A DNA stretch of 64,000 bases from an uncultured virus (IMG/VR IMGVR_UViG_3300001765_000069) (Duplodnaviria; Heunggongvirae; Uroviricota; Caudoviricetes): IMG/VR virus record IMGVR_UViG_3300001765_000069; one strand, given 5' to 3'. This document shows, piece after piece, positions 36,393-45,910 of this stretch. Made by a program: the position numbers and the translations under genes. Under the pieces are notes generated by a model, which had not been told where the DNA came from, did no database searches, and worked only from the letters and a program-made list of their open reading frames with translations. Within the stretch, counting starts at the first letter, position 1, and each line of letters opens with the position of its first letter.

Positions 36393-37133
36393 ATGTCTAT
36401 CCGTTCACAATCTAATCGTGATGCTCTCAGCCTCTTTTATAAAGGCGTGCGCATTGAACAACATAGTGTAGGTATATATACCTGCATCGAACAATCCTTG
36501 GCATTTAACAATGATACAAGCCTCACTGATACCTTGGCCGATATGGCCGAATCGAAAGAATTCAGCAAAAAATTGACTGCCGACATTGTTGGTATGGTGA
36601 AGGCTCTTGTTATGGACTGCCGCGCCTCTTGTTCTTCTCTGGTCAAGCCGACAAGCAAAAAAGACGATGTTGCTCGAAGCTTGTACGCCGAAAAAATCAA
36701 TCCTTTGTTAGGCGCCTATATCAACGCCGTTGCACCACTAGTCAATAAACAGCCGACGGTGAAAACTGAAGAACAGAAGGCCATTGATAAAGCCGCATCA
36801 GAGAAAAAAGCCGGTGAAAAATCCGCCTCATGGGCAAAAGAAAACGGTTGGGTCAGCCCGGAACAGATCGAGACCGTTCAAGTCGATGTTATGCAATCCG
36901 CTGAGGTCAAGCATTTACAGAAATTGCTTGATGAGGCGCGAGCCGAAACAATCGCGATTAGCGAGAAGCTCTCTGCTAGCATGGTCAAGCTTGCGGCGTT
37001 GCACGGTGAAAACGCGATCCTTCGAGGTAACGTGGAAACATTATCCGCATCTAATGCGGCATTGTCTGACAAGCTTTCCCGCATTAAAGACCTGCCCAAG
37101 GTCAGTAAGTCGGTGTTGACCATTGCTGCTTGA
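36393..37133 (+). CDS. Orphan protein with C-terminal coiled coil, lying between the two arrays
   Basis: 246 aa, RBS GGAG, heptad-rich C-terminus ending TIAA. Confidence 0.75.
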   Translation: MSIRSQSNRDALSLFYKGVRIEQHSVGIYTCIEQSLAFNNDTSLTDTLADMAESKEFSKKLTADIVGMVKALVMDCRASCSSLVKPTSKKDDVARSLYAEKINPLLGAYINAVAPLVNKQPTVKTEEQKAIDKAASEKKAGEKSASWAKENGWVSPEQIETVQVDVMQSAEVKHLQKLLDEARAETIAISEKLSASMVKLAALHGENAILRGNVETLSASNAALSDKLSRIKDLPKVSKSVLTIAA

Positions 37134-37254
37134 GTCGGCTTGAGGCGACTAACAAACGGGTCTTATGTGAGACCCGTTCAATTAGTCGGCTTTGCCTTCG
37201 GTTTCTACGGTTTCCGTCGGCTTTGCTAGTCACTCGCTCTTTAGATGTTCTTTC

Positions 37255-37564
37255 GTGGTGAGGCTTCGGCCTTGCCCCGGTGGTGAGGCTTCGGCCTTGC
37301 CCCGGTGGTGAGGCTTCGGCCTTGCCCCGGTGGTGAGGCTTCGGCNNNNNNNNNNNNNNNNNNNNNNNNNNNNNNNNNNNNNNNNNNNNNNNNNNNNNNN
37401 NNNNNNNNNNNNNNNNNNNNNNNNNNNNNNNNNNNNNNNNNNNNNNNNNNNNNNNNNNNNNNNNNNNNNNNNNCTTCGGCCTTGCCCCGGTGGTGAGGCT
37501 TCGGCCTTGCCCCGGTGGTGAGGCTTCGGCCTTGCCCCGGTGGTGAGGCTTCGGCCTTGCCCCG
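37255..37564. repeat. Tandem array B, 25-bp units, with assembly gap
   Basis: GTGGTGAGGCTTCGGCCTTGCCCCG, 7 visible cores plus a partial one; 128 N at 37346-37473. Confidence 0.95.
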
Positions 37565-38316
37565 AAAGAAGTTACTTTTGAAAAGGCTTTCCCCTTTTCT
37601 GGGGTCTCTGTTTGCCTATGCAAATTCTGATCTCAGTTTGGTTAGACCGGAAAAAGCTTATCTAAGAACAACCCCTACAATTCGGAAAACCAATGAGAGC
37701 ACCGCAAAATGGTGCGGATAAAGCTCTCGCGCAAAATCCCGATCAAAATTCTCGTGCCCAAATTGGGGCAACATGAGCAACCGATTAAGCGGGTAGCCCC
37801 CGCCAAGCTCAGAATAATTTGGCAGCCCATCAGGAAGCGCACACATCAAGAAGCGAACGGCAAGGCCCAAGAAGCGCCCAGAGAATTTCGGGGATGCTAG
37901 GGCCAGGGCCGCATCGTTTACCCTGCCAAAAGCCGCTCAAACGGCCGGCATTAGGGGTTTCTTGTGTCTGCGCAAAATCCAGGAAGCCAGATCGCGAGAA
38001 GGTGTAATTTTTGGAGAGAGAATCCAGTCGAATATCGGCAAGGTTTCACGTGGCGATCAAGGTGCATAGCCTAAAGACACGAGCCGTAAAACCTGGATTT
38101 AAAGCCCAGAGAGGGCCTTGTAAGCCTCACCATCGGGGAAAGTAGCGTGCTGATCATGCTGATCCGTTATGCGGGATGTGCCTGAAGCCTTCCTCAACGC
38201 GATCAAAATCAGCAAGGAGTCATGACTTTGCATGAGGGTTCAAATCCCAAAATGGGCAAAGCCAGGGGCTTCATGCCAAGGTTGCAATCGGGGCTTCGTA
38301 TACGCCTGGTTGCAGC

Positions 38317-38520
38317 GGCCTTGGCCTTGCAAACTCCAAAGCCAAATCCAAATCCAAATCCAGATCCAAAGCTGCCTAAAAATTAAGCAGTAGTTCAGTG
38401 ACCAATTGAACAACTGCTTAAAAAATAGGCAACCGAATCCAAAAATGGCAAAAATTTCGGATTTTACGTCGAAAAAAGTGTTGCGTTTTTGCAACACTCT
38501 GAGTTTGCAAGGCCAAGGCC
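38317..38520. repeat. Nested inverted repeats
   Basis: Perfect 20-bp IR at 38317-38336/38501-38520 enclosing an imperfect palindrome at 38373-38431. Confidence 0.85.
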
Positions 38521-38941
38521 AAGCTCAAGTCACAAGTCAAAGTCAAAGGCCAATCTCAATCTTTAAAGAAATCCCGACAAGTGCTCAAAGCCTAGACTTG
38601 TCTCCGATTCCAGGTCTGAATCGGGGATGAGTCAAGGTTTCAGGCCGGTTTCTATCAAGGAGTGGGCAAGTTTTCCAGGATTCTCAAGGATTTTTGGACC
38701 CTGTTTTTGTGTAAGTAGTTGATTATAGGGGTAAAACTAATTATATCTAGAAAACCAAACACTACCTACCCTTAATATCTCTCCACAGCTTTCACTCTAC
38801 AAAAATCCTTACTCAATTTCTTCCTTCCTATAGGGGGGGGGTTGTGTAAATTGAAATCAAAATTGACCTCGCCTAAACCCTTGATTACAAAGGATTCACG
38901 TGGGGTCATAAGTAGAATGCATAGCCTATTTTTTAAGCACG

Positions 38942-39190
38942 TTTTGTGGCTCGTTGATAAAACAGGCGTTTTTGTGGCTGGTTGATACATTATTTTGTGG
39001 CCCGTTGATATCATCTACCCACAAAAGAGGGCTGTTTTGTGGCTCGTTGATATCAACAATCCACAATTGTGGCTGGTTTCGTGTCATCCACCCACAATTG
39101 TGGCTCGTTTCGTGGCTCGTTGATATCAACGGCCCACAATTGTGGCTCGTTTCGTGGCTCGTTGATATCAACAATCCACAATTGTGGCTA
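38942..39190. repeat. Iteron-like repeat cluster
   Basis: Nine GTGGCYSGTT copies and four CCACAATTGTGG palindromes. Confidence 0.85.
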
Positions 39191-39234
39191 GAATACGTCT
39201 CGGAATATCATCCACCCACAAAACGAGGCCAGCC

Positions 39235-40023
39235 ATGAAGTCTGTAATGCATTTCTCGAAGTTCGCGACATCTTTGAATCTGTCCAGAGATCGGCTCCGC
39301 CCGTTCGTCGAGGCAGGGGTGGTGGATGTCGAAAGCCTTTTGGATTTGGAGAAGGTTCTGAAGAGGAGGGAAGATCTCCTTGAGATGGACGAAATCAGCG
39401 TTGACACGCTGAAGGACCATCTCACGCAACTTGCATACTTGAGTTCCGACGAGATGCCAGTGATGTCAAAGTGGCTGACATCGAAAGCTTGCGGGGACTT
39501 TCTGGGTATCCACCACGCCTCGGCCGCGAAGATGTTCGTGTCCGGAGAGATACCTACATTCAAAACGGTGCAGGGTCGTGAACACACCACAACACAGGCT
39601 GCGATAGCTGCATTCGAGGCCAGGAAGGCTGGCATCGTCTACGCGCCGGCAACGAAGCCTGAAACCTTGATCCAGCCTCAACCCGAATCCAAGAAAGTAT
39701 GGCAAGAGGACGTGGACGAGGCCTGGGACGCCGGCATAGGCAAGGCCAAGGCCAAGGCCAAGGCCAAGCCCGAACCGAAACCAGATCCGAACCTTGAAGA
39801 GGAAGCCGGCAAAGTCTTGACCCCAGAAGAAGAGGCCGCGATCGTCAAGGATTTGCAGGCTAGGGCCAGGGCCGGGTATGAGGAAGCTGAGTTGGCCAAG
39901 GCCAAGGCGAGGCGCGATGCCTTGGCCAAGCTGACGCCAGAAGAAATTGAAGCGCAAAAGGCGGCGGATGCTGCCAAGAGGGCCGAAAGGCTGAAACAGT
40001 TTATGGACAAACCAAGGAGTTGA
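39235..40023 (+). CDS. DNA-binding protein with MerR/Xis-type (HTH_17-like) domain and charged helical tail
   Basis: WLTSKACGDFLGIHHASAAKMFVSGEIPTFK; KAKAKAKPEPKP linker. Confidence 0.6.
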   Translation: MKSVMHFSKFATSLNLSRDRLRPFVEAGVVDVESLLDLEKVLKRREDLLEMDEISVDTLKDHLTQLAYLSSDEMPVMSKWLTSKACGDFLGIHHASAAKMFVSGEIPTFKTVQGREHTTTQAAIAAFEARKAGIVYAPATKPETLIQPQPESKKVWQEDVDEAWDAGIGKAKAKAKAKPEPKPDPNLEEEAGKVLTPEEEAAIVKDLQARARAGYEEAELAKAKARRDALAKLTPEEIEAQKAADAAKRAERLKQFMDKPRS

Positions 40024-40025
40024 AA

Positions 40026-40328
40026 ATGTGGGAAGGACTTGAGTCATGGGCAGCGCAGCAGGCTGCAGAATTGAAAGCCCACCGGGAAGCCGGTGGATTG
40101 GTGGTTTACCGTGCCGAGATTGCACGGATGGAGTCATGTGGCGAGGAGTCCATCGAGTGGTATGGGCACTTCTCAACGCCTGAAAAGGCTGAGGTGGCGA
40201 TTGCCGTTGAGCAGGCCCGGTTCGGAACGGAAGACAAGTGGGAATCTATGCCGTCAGGCAATTCCATAATGGAATTCTGTGGGGGCTTGATCTTTGAAGC
40301 CGGGATTTACCCGGTGATGGTTCAGTAA
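40026..40328 (+). CDS. Early hypothetical protein
   Basis: CCAAGGAG RBS; acidic. Confidence 0.6.
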   Translation: MWEGLESWAAQQAAELKAHREAGGLVVYRAEIARMESCGEESIEWYGHFSTPEKAEVAIAVEQARFGTEDKWESMPSGNSIMEFCGGLIFEAGIYPVMVQ

Positions 40329-40499
40329 TTCAATCGGCGAGGATTCTTGGGATTGGCCCCTGACGGGGAATTCTTGCTAGCATTCTTAATCGTCAGGGTT
40401 CAGGTCTCGCCAGCCTGTTAAGCCATCACTTAGGCTTACTCACGTCGTGCTGGGCATCACTGTAAACTGCCCACCCATCACCAACCCAAGGAGTTGAAA

Positions 40500-40637
40500 A
40501 TGTCAAAGCATCCCATCGCAATCCTGATCGCAGTTCTCGTGGCCTTGGCCTTCCAAACATCACTTCCGAGTTGGTGTGCAAATCCGGAAGGGCACGGAAA
40601 TTGGATTGTTCAACCTTTGTGCAAAGGGATGTCGTGA
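40500..40637 (+). CDS. 45-aa membrane/secreted peptide (not in ORF track)
   Basis: CAAGGAG RBS; MSKHPIAILIAVLVALAFQ...WC...LCKGMS. Confidence 0.55.
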   Translation: MSKHPIAILIAVLVALAFQTSLPSWCANPEGHGNWIVQPLCKGMS

Positions 40638-40840
40638 AAGACGGCACAGAGAAGCTGGAACATCTGCGGTCGATGCTCACGAAGTATGCCCATCGCTGGG
40701 GCGAGTGTCCCAGTCCGAGAATGGTGGGCTGGGTTGACGCCTACAACGCTGAAAAGCGCAACAACCCTGAAGCGTGGAAGGCTTATTGCGCTCGCCACGA
40801 CTTTAATCTGATCCACGACGGGTATGACTGTCTTGCTTAA
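40634..40840 (+). CDS. Early hypothetical protein
   Basis: GTGA overlap with the previous ORF. Confidence 0.5.
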   Translation: MKDGTEKLEHLRSMLTKYAHRWGECPSPRMVGWVDAYNAEKRNNPEAWKAYCARHDFNLIHDGYDCLA

Positions 40841-40951
40841 AGGAGGCTGATTCTAGTGTTATGAACGGTGACCTCTCGCCCATGCCCCAACGGCACGCCA
40901 ACGCGCCACGGGGGCATCAACGAGAAGATTTACCACAGCAAGGAGTTAGAA

Positions 40952-41305
40952 ATGTCTGATCTTGTCAAGAAGTTTGGTCGATTTAATGTAAGGATCGTCC
41001 GAAAGGGCGAGGGCTACGGCCTGAATCGTTGCTTGGTCAACGGCGAGGATCACAACCTCGTCGAGTTTTACGACGCAAGGCAGGATCCCGAGAGGTTCGG
41101 TGAGTTGGGACAATTTGTGTCACGTTACTATCTGGAAACCTTGCTGTGGCGTAAGGACAATCAAGGCCTTTGCCTTGACGGCGCCATCCCCAGTTGGAGT
41201 CTGGGCAAGGAGGTCTACGCTGAGATCCACGAGTGGCTCCGCGCCTCGCGTTATGAGATGTTCCTGGAAGCCATGGAAGCCTCAGTGGGAGGCCATCATG
41301 CGTGA
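40952..41305 (+). CDS. Early hypothetical protein
   Basis: CAAGGAG RBS; VEFYD...GQFVSRYYLETL...GLCLDG motif. Confidence 0.65.
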   Translation: MSDLVKKFGRFNVRIVRKGEGYGLNRCLVNGEDHNLVEFYDARQDPERFGELGQFVSRYYLETLLWRKDNQGLCLDGAIPSWSLGKEVYAEIHEWLRASRYEMFLEAMEASVGGHHA

Positions 41306-41937
41306 GTACTGGCTACTCTCAAATCGGGGCTGGATGCCTACCCCGTACCTGGCCCAGAATGCGTGGCAAGCGGTCAGCGTGGCCGTGGCCTCAGGCTTGA
41401 TAATCAAGGGTGTGTCTACCAGGAAGCCAAAGGTGACGCTGTGAGGAAGTCTAACGACGCCCTCTGGTGGAAATCCGAGGTGGAGTTCATCGAGAAGGAG
41501 TCCAAAAAGTCCCGGAAAATGGGAATGTTCCCGGAATACTGCTGGATGCAGGCAAGGTTCGCGAAGCTGGATGGCTTCCCGGAATTGGCTGAGCGCATCA
41601 ACGCAGCTTCGATTAAGGAGTGAATCATGAAGACGTGGAAAAAGCTGGAAGTCCTGCAACCCATGGCACTACCTTGTGACAGGCCCAGATGTTACAGGTG
41701 GCTGACATGGTAGTCGTTGATTGGCTGGTAGCTATAGGACTGGTGACAATCCTTGTGATTGTTTTCAATCGTGGCATGAAATAGTTGCCATTATTCAAGA
41801 TAGGAGCCAATATCTATCTTGTTGAGTTAGGAGCTATCGAGAGTACTGGGTAAACCCTACAGCACCACAAATTACATGTACCACCGGTACGGTCAGAACT
41901 TTGAAGACTGGCCTCAACATTTAAGGAGTTAGATGAG

Positions 41938-42147
41938 ATGAGAAAGTTTATGCTAACGGTCACCCGGCGCGACCCACGCCTCGGCGACGAAGAAGTTATC
42001 CACGAGGTGATGAATCTCGTGTTCGACCACGCCGTAAACCAGGCCAAGAAGTGGGCCAAGAAAGGCTACTGGTCGTCGATTTACGACGTTTATGGGGAGT
42101 GCATTGAGGAGTTCTACATTCGGGAAGAAGAGTTGGAGGCAGCATGA
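41938..42147 (+). CDS. Early hypothetical protein
   Basis: TAAGGAG RBS; coupled to the next ORF. Confidence 0.55.
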   Translation: MRKFMLTVTRRDPRLGDEEVIHEVMNLVFDHAVNQAKKWAKKGYWSSIYDVYGECIEEFYIREEELEAA

Positions 42148-42389
42148 GATTCAAAAAGGAAATCAGAGTTGGAAGATTGAGCGGGATCGTGGTCGCTGAG
42201 GTTTCTGAGCATGGCGACGTGCTGGTCAAGTGGAATGGATGTGCGAAAGTATTCGACAGCCTGGCCGACGGACTTGAGTTTGCGGAGTCCAAAGTGTTCG
42301 ACAGGCTCCACATAGCTTGGCAGAAAACCCAGTTTGCTGAGTCCACGTTGAGGCTTCTGGGTTACGAAGCTGAGGAGGCTGAGGCATGA
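42144..42389 (+). CDS. Early hypothetical protein
   Basis: GGAGG RBS, ATGA overlap. Confidence 0.55.
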   Translation: MRFKKEIRVGRLSGIVVAEVSEHGDVLVKWNGCAKVFDSLADGLEFAESKVFDRLHIAWQKTQFAESTLRLLGYEAEEAEA

Positions 42390-42695
42390 GGCGCATCGGA
42401 GCAATCGGACTGATATAGGCGGCACTGGAGGAACGTGCCGGCCGCGTCGACGAGCGTTCAGTTCGGCCGGAGGACTTGGACACAAGTCCGAAGTGGTTCG
42501 TAATTTGCAGGGATGACGATGGGCTGGCCACGTTCGCCACTCGTCGTTGGTTTTCTACTGAAAAACTGGCAAGGAGCTACGCCAAAACTGTGGCTGAGTC
42601 CCGTGGTGCATTCGTGATCTATAGCCTCGGCCTTCCGGGCTACGAAGAGCACTCGTACGGTAAGTAATTCAACTTTTAGGATTGGAGAAATAATC

Positions 42696-43172
42696 ATGTC
42701 TATCACCGCAACCCAGTTGGCCGCAGACCTCCGCAAGAATTTTGATCACGACGTGACCATGGCCAAACGTCGCAAGGAAACCTTGAGAACTCCAAGTGTC
42801 AAGGATGGATTCAAAACCCTTGCCAAGGTGCTGAAGAAGGCTGCTGAGTTTGATTCCAATGTGAATCACAACGTCTACGTTTATGCCAATGCTGTGGAGG
42901 TCGACGCGGATATCTTTGCACGCACCGAATCCTTGAAATCGCCTGGCGTTGCCGCGCTCATCGAGTACGTCGAGAAGGTTGTGGCGCCGGCCTACCGGTC
43001 GGAGGATTACGCCTCCAGTTCCATGGCCCAGCGCACGTTTGTTCACCAGGGCAACGGGCTCAGGCTCAACTTGATATTCCGGTTGCCGACTGACGGGGAC
43101 GCGTGCTCCCGGGTCAAAGTGGGCACAAAGCTTGTGGAGCAGGACACATATGAAATCCGCTGCCAAGGGTAA
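42696..43172 (+). CDS. Early hypothetical protein
   Basis: GGAG RBS; 158 aa. Confidence 0.65.
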   Translation: MSITATQLAADLRKNFDHDVTMAKRRKETLRTPSVKDGFKTLAKVLKKAAEFDSNVNHNVYVYANAVEVDADIFARTESLKSPGVAALIEYVEKVVAPAYRSEDYASSSMAQRTFVHQGNGLRLNLIFRLPTDGDACSRVKVGTKLVEQDTYEIRCQG

Positions 43173-43177
43173 CAACC

Positions 43178-43420
43178 ATGCCCAAAACCAGAGACGGGTT
43201 CTACCTGTGCTTTGCCGGTCCATATCCTGAGTTTGAAAGGCACGCCAGCAAGAAGGACGCTTGTGCTGCTTTTCTAGAGGTGGCACGAGAACTTGACGGG
43301 TACGGGCAAGAGATTACAGCAACCTTGCACATCGCGTCGAACCGTAGCGAGATCGCGGAATACCCTGGCTTCGTTTTGTCACTTGGGCCACGGGGTGGTT
43401 TGAAAATCGAAGGAGCCTGA
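43178..43420 (+). CDS. Early hypothetical protein
   Basis: YPGFVLSLGPRGG motif. Confidence 0.55.
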   Translation: MPKTRDGFYLCFAGPYPEFERHASKKDACAAFLEVARELDGYGQEITATLHIASNRSEIAEYPGFVLSLGPRGGLKIEGA

Positions 43421-43421
43421 A

Positions 43422-43784
43422 ATGGAACCGATGATTGAATTCATCACCGCCAAAAAGTATTACGGCAGCCATGCCAGGGGAACGGTAGTGCTTATCAACG
43501 GGCAGCCAAGTCACCATGCCACACGGAAATTGGCAGAAGACTTTGCAGCCCTCATCAAGGAGCAGGAAATGTCGAAACAGCAGTTCATGAATGAGCCGAG
43601 TGATTGCCAGTGGCTATGGGAAACGAAGTTGGGTAAGCGTGAGGATCTGAAACCGCCGATCTTCCGGTCCTTCTACCTGTTCGGAAACGAGGATGCACCT
43701 TGTCGGGTGCAGTTGTTCTCGTCGCAAGATCCGAATCACGACGATCCGTATCGGGAAATCAACTTCATCGGGGTGGTGTCATGA
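43422..43784 (+). CDS. Early hypothetical protein
   Basis: AAGGAG RBS; possible second start at MSKQQ. Confidence 0.55.
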   Translation: MEPMIEFITAKKYYGSHARGTVVLINGQPSHHATRKLAEDFAALIKEQEMSKQQFMNEPSDCQWLWETKLGKREDLKPPIFRSFYLFGNEDAPCRVQLFSSQDPNHDDPYREINFIGVVS

Positions 43785-44068
43785 GTCATACACCTGGACC
43801 GTGGCGTTACGAGCAGGCCACGAAAACGATTCGAAGCGTGCCGGCAAACTACTGGCTGGCTACGATGGACAGCTGGGACGGGGCTGTCAACAACGAGGCA
43901 AACGCCAAACTGATCGCGGCTGCCCCAAAAATGCTGGCAGCGCTGGAATCCCTGTTCAAGGAATGCGCGATGATACACAGCCGCTACGGTGAATTTTGTA
44001 ACCAGAAAGAAGCCGACGCCGCCATCAAGGCGGGCCTCGACGCCATCGCAGAGGCCAAAGGAGAGTGA
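43781..44068 (+). CDS. Conserved phage early protein (HTPGPW...ANAxLIAAAP family)
   Basis: MSHTPGPW and [14 protein letters not shown] motifs. Confidence 0.7.
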   Translation: MSHTPGPWRYEQATKTIRSVPANYWLATMDSWDGAVNNEANAKLIAAAPKMLAALESLFKECAMIHSRYGEFCNQKEADAAIKAGLDAIAEAKGE

Positions 44069-44069
44069 G

Positions 44070-44552
44070 ATGAAAGCCAGAACCGAAACCCCGGCGGTCT
44101 ACAAGGTGGACCGCCCCAACGAAGACAAGATCATAGAGCAAGCCCTCGTCATACTCGCCGGCCGTGCCAAAAAGGGCGACAACCTCTTCTCACCTTCCGC
44201 TGTGCGTGACTGGTTGCGCCTCAAGTTGGGCGGGCTGGAACATGAGGAATTCGCAGTTGTTTTCCTGAATTCTCAAAACGAGGTTATTGAGTCGGAAGTC
44301 ATGTTCCGTGGAACCCTGTCTCAAACGTCGGTGTACCCGAGAGAGGTGGTGAAGGCTGCATTGAGACACAACGCAGCCGCGGTCATCCTTGCCCACAACC
44401 ACCCAAGCTGCTCGACTGAACCCAGCCAGGCTGATCGATGGTTGACCGACAACTTGAAATCCGCTCTGGGCATGGTCGACGTCAAGGTGCTCGACCACTT
44501 CATCGTGACATGCGACGGTTACGCGTCATTCGCCGAGAAAGGATGGGTGTGA
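44070..44552 (+). CDS. radC: RadC-like JAB/MPN domain protein
   Basis: [21 protein letters not shown]...PSQAD and VLDHFIV motifs. Confidence 0.92.
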   Translation: MKARTETPAVYKVDRPNEDKIIEQALVILAGRAKKGDNLFSPSAVRDWLRLKLGGLEHEEFAVVFLNSQNEVIESEVMFRGTLSQTSVYPREVVKAALRHNAAAVILAHNHPSCSTEPSQADRWLTDNLKSALGMVDVKVLDHFIVTCDGYASFAEKGWV

Positions 44553-44553
44553 G

Positions 44554-44739
44554 ATGAAATACCAAGTGATCGTGACGCGTGATATTACCGAGTCAGTTTA
44601 CGTTAACGTCGAGACTGATGATCCGGACAAGGTTGGCGAGTTGGCAATCAAGGCTGCGAAGGCCCTGCCGGACGTGTGGGAACCTGACGACGGGAACACG
44701 CCCAGTGACCCGTATGTGACTGACATTACGGAGGTGTGA
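44554..44739 (+). CDS. Small acidic early protein
   Basis: 61 aa, tightly packed between neighbours. Confidence 0.55.
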   Translation: MKYQVIVTRDITESVYVNVETDDPDKVGELAIKAAKALPDVWEPDDGNTPSDPYVTDITEV

Positions 44740-44740
44740 G

Positions 44741-45223
44741 ATGAACATTGAACTGAACGGAATCGAATACCAAGTGGAAACCGAGGTCGACCAAGACTCA
44801 ACCCCACTTGAAGACTGCGGGCACGGTGATGTGTCCGAGTGGACAACTCGTAGCAAGTACCCTGGCGAGGTTGTCATCGCTCAAGAGCGACACTCACGTC
44901 GCTATTACGACATGAATGGGGCAGTCAAGAGGGCACGAGAGGAGGGGTGGAACACACCTCCTTACGAAGTTCTAGGGGAGACGGCAGGACAGCAGGCTGC
45001 GCGTGCCGCTCAAGCTGACTTCGACTTCCTTCGCCGTTGGTTTGCTGGTCGGTGGCACTACGTCAGGGTGGTTGTCAAAGATCCTGAAGGCAACACAGAA
45101 AGTCTGTGGGGCGTCGAGGACTATGACGATAAGTACGTTTTGGACGTGGCGAAGGAGCTTGCAGGTGAGCTTGAGTGCAAGGCTGCTCGCAGGGTGTTTC
45201 CAGTTTCCACGATGGGAGTTTGA
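44741..45223 (+). CDS. Early hypothetical protein
   Basis: GGAGG RBS; W-x-Y...ESLWGVE motif. Confidence 0.65.
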   Translation: MNIELNGIEYQVETEVDQDSTPLEDCGHGDVSEWTTRSKYPGEVVIAQERHSRRYYDMNGAVKRAREEGWNTPPYEVLGETAGQQAARAAQADFDFLRRWFAGRWHYVRVVVKDPEGNTESLWGVEDYDDKYVLDVAKELAGELECKAARRVFPVSTMGV

Positions 45224-45224
45224 G

Positions 45225-45629
45225 ATGACCTACAACCAACCACAACACCACGCCGAGCAACTGGCCAAGGCGCGGGCCGCGTTCAAGCAGAATCCGACGC
45301 CAGCCCTTTCCTCAGCTATCCGCCGGCTGGAACGTGCGCTGAAATGGAAACCGCCTGAACTTCCCAAGGGCTACTCAAAGTATGGTGCCAAGATGGGCCG
45401 GCGCGACAACATCGAAGACCCGGACGCACCAGTTAAGTTTCACCTTGTCAGGATGAAGCTGGTTGACGGAGGTTACGACGTTGCCGGCGCGTACTGGGGC
45501 ATTGGTGACCCTATGTGGCGTGCCATCGGCGAAGACGAAGACATGGTGAACGAGATGTTCATTCGTGCCAAAACAAGGTACGAGGCGAAAGCCTTGGTAC
45601 TGAAAACCTTTCCGAAAGCGAGGTTCTAA
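45225..45629 (+). CDS. Early hypothetical protein
   Basis: YGAKMGR and GGYDVAGAYWG motifs. Confidence 0.65.
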   Translation: MTYNQPQHHAEQLAKARAAFKQNPTPALSSAIRRLERALKWKPPELPKGYSKYGAKMGRRDNIEDPDAPVKFHLVRMKLVDGGYDVAGAYWGIGDPMWRAIGEDEDMVNEMFIRAKTRYEAKALVLKTFPKARF

Positions 45630-45910
45630 TGAGCACCAACGAATGGGTAAAGATGAAATGGGATGGCAATTCAGATCTGAACCTGGAATGCTGGCGAAAG
45701 AAGTTCGGCCGAGGTCACGTGTCAGTGGGTTGCGGGGAGTTTCTACACATCGTGTACTCTCACGGGGGTAACGGTGGCCACTCATGCACCAATACGCGGT
45801 GGAATTACGGGTTCCCTGTGATCACTGAACAAGAAGCTATGGAGGAGGTGGACGCTCAGCGCGGCTACTACTCATCCGAGGTTAGACATCCAAGGAGGGA
45901 TCGGCCATGA
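45629..45910 (+). CDS. Early hypothetical protein
   Basis: TAATG overlap. Confidence 0.5.
   Translation: MSTNEWVKMKWDGNSDLNLECWRKKFGRGHVSVGCGEFLHIVYSHGGNGGHSCTNTRWNYGFPVITEQEAMEEVDAQRGYYSSEVRHPRRDRP

Noticed and set aside
35748..37564. Tandem arrays as CRISPR arrays
   Set aside because: Units are contiguous with no unique spacers, and no cas genes are in the window.
37515..39238. Short ORFs in the 37.5-39.2 kb tract
   Set aside because: Low-complexity translations of repeats without a convincing RBS; treated as non-coding.
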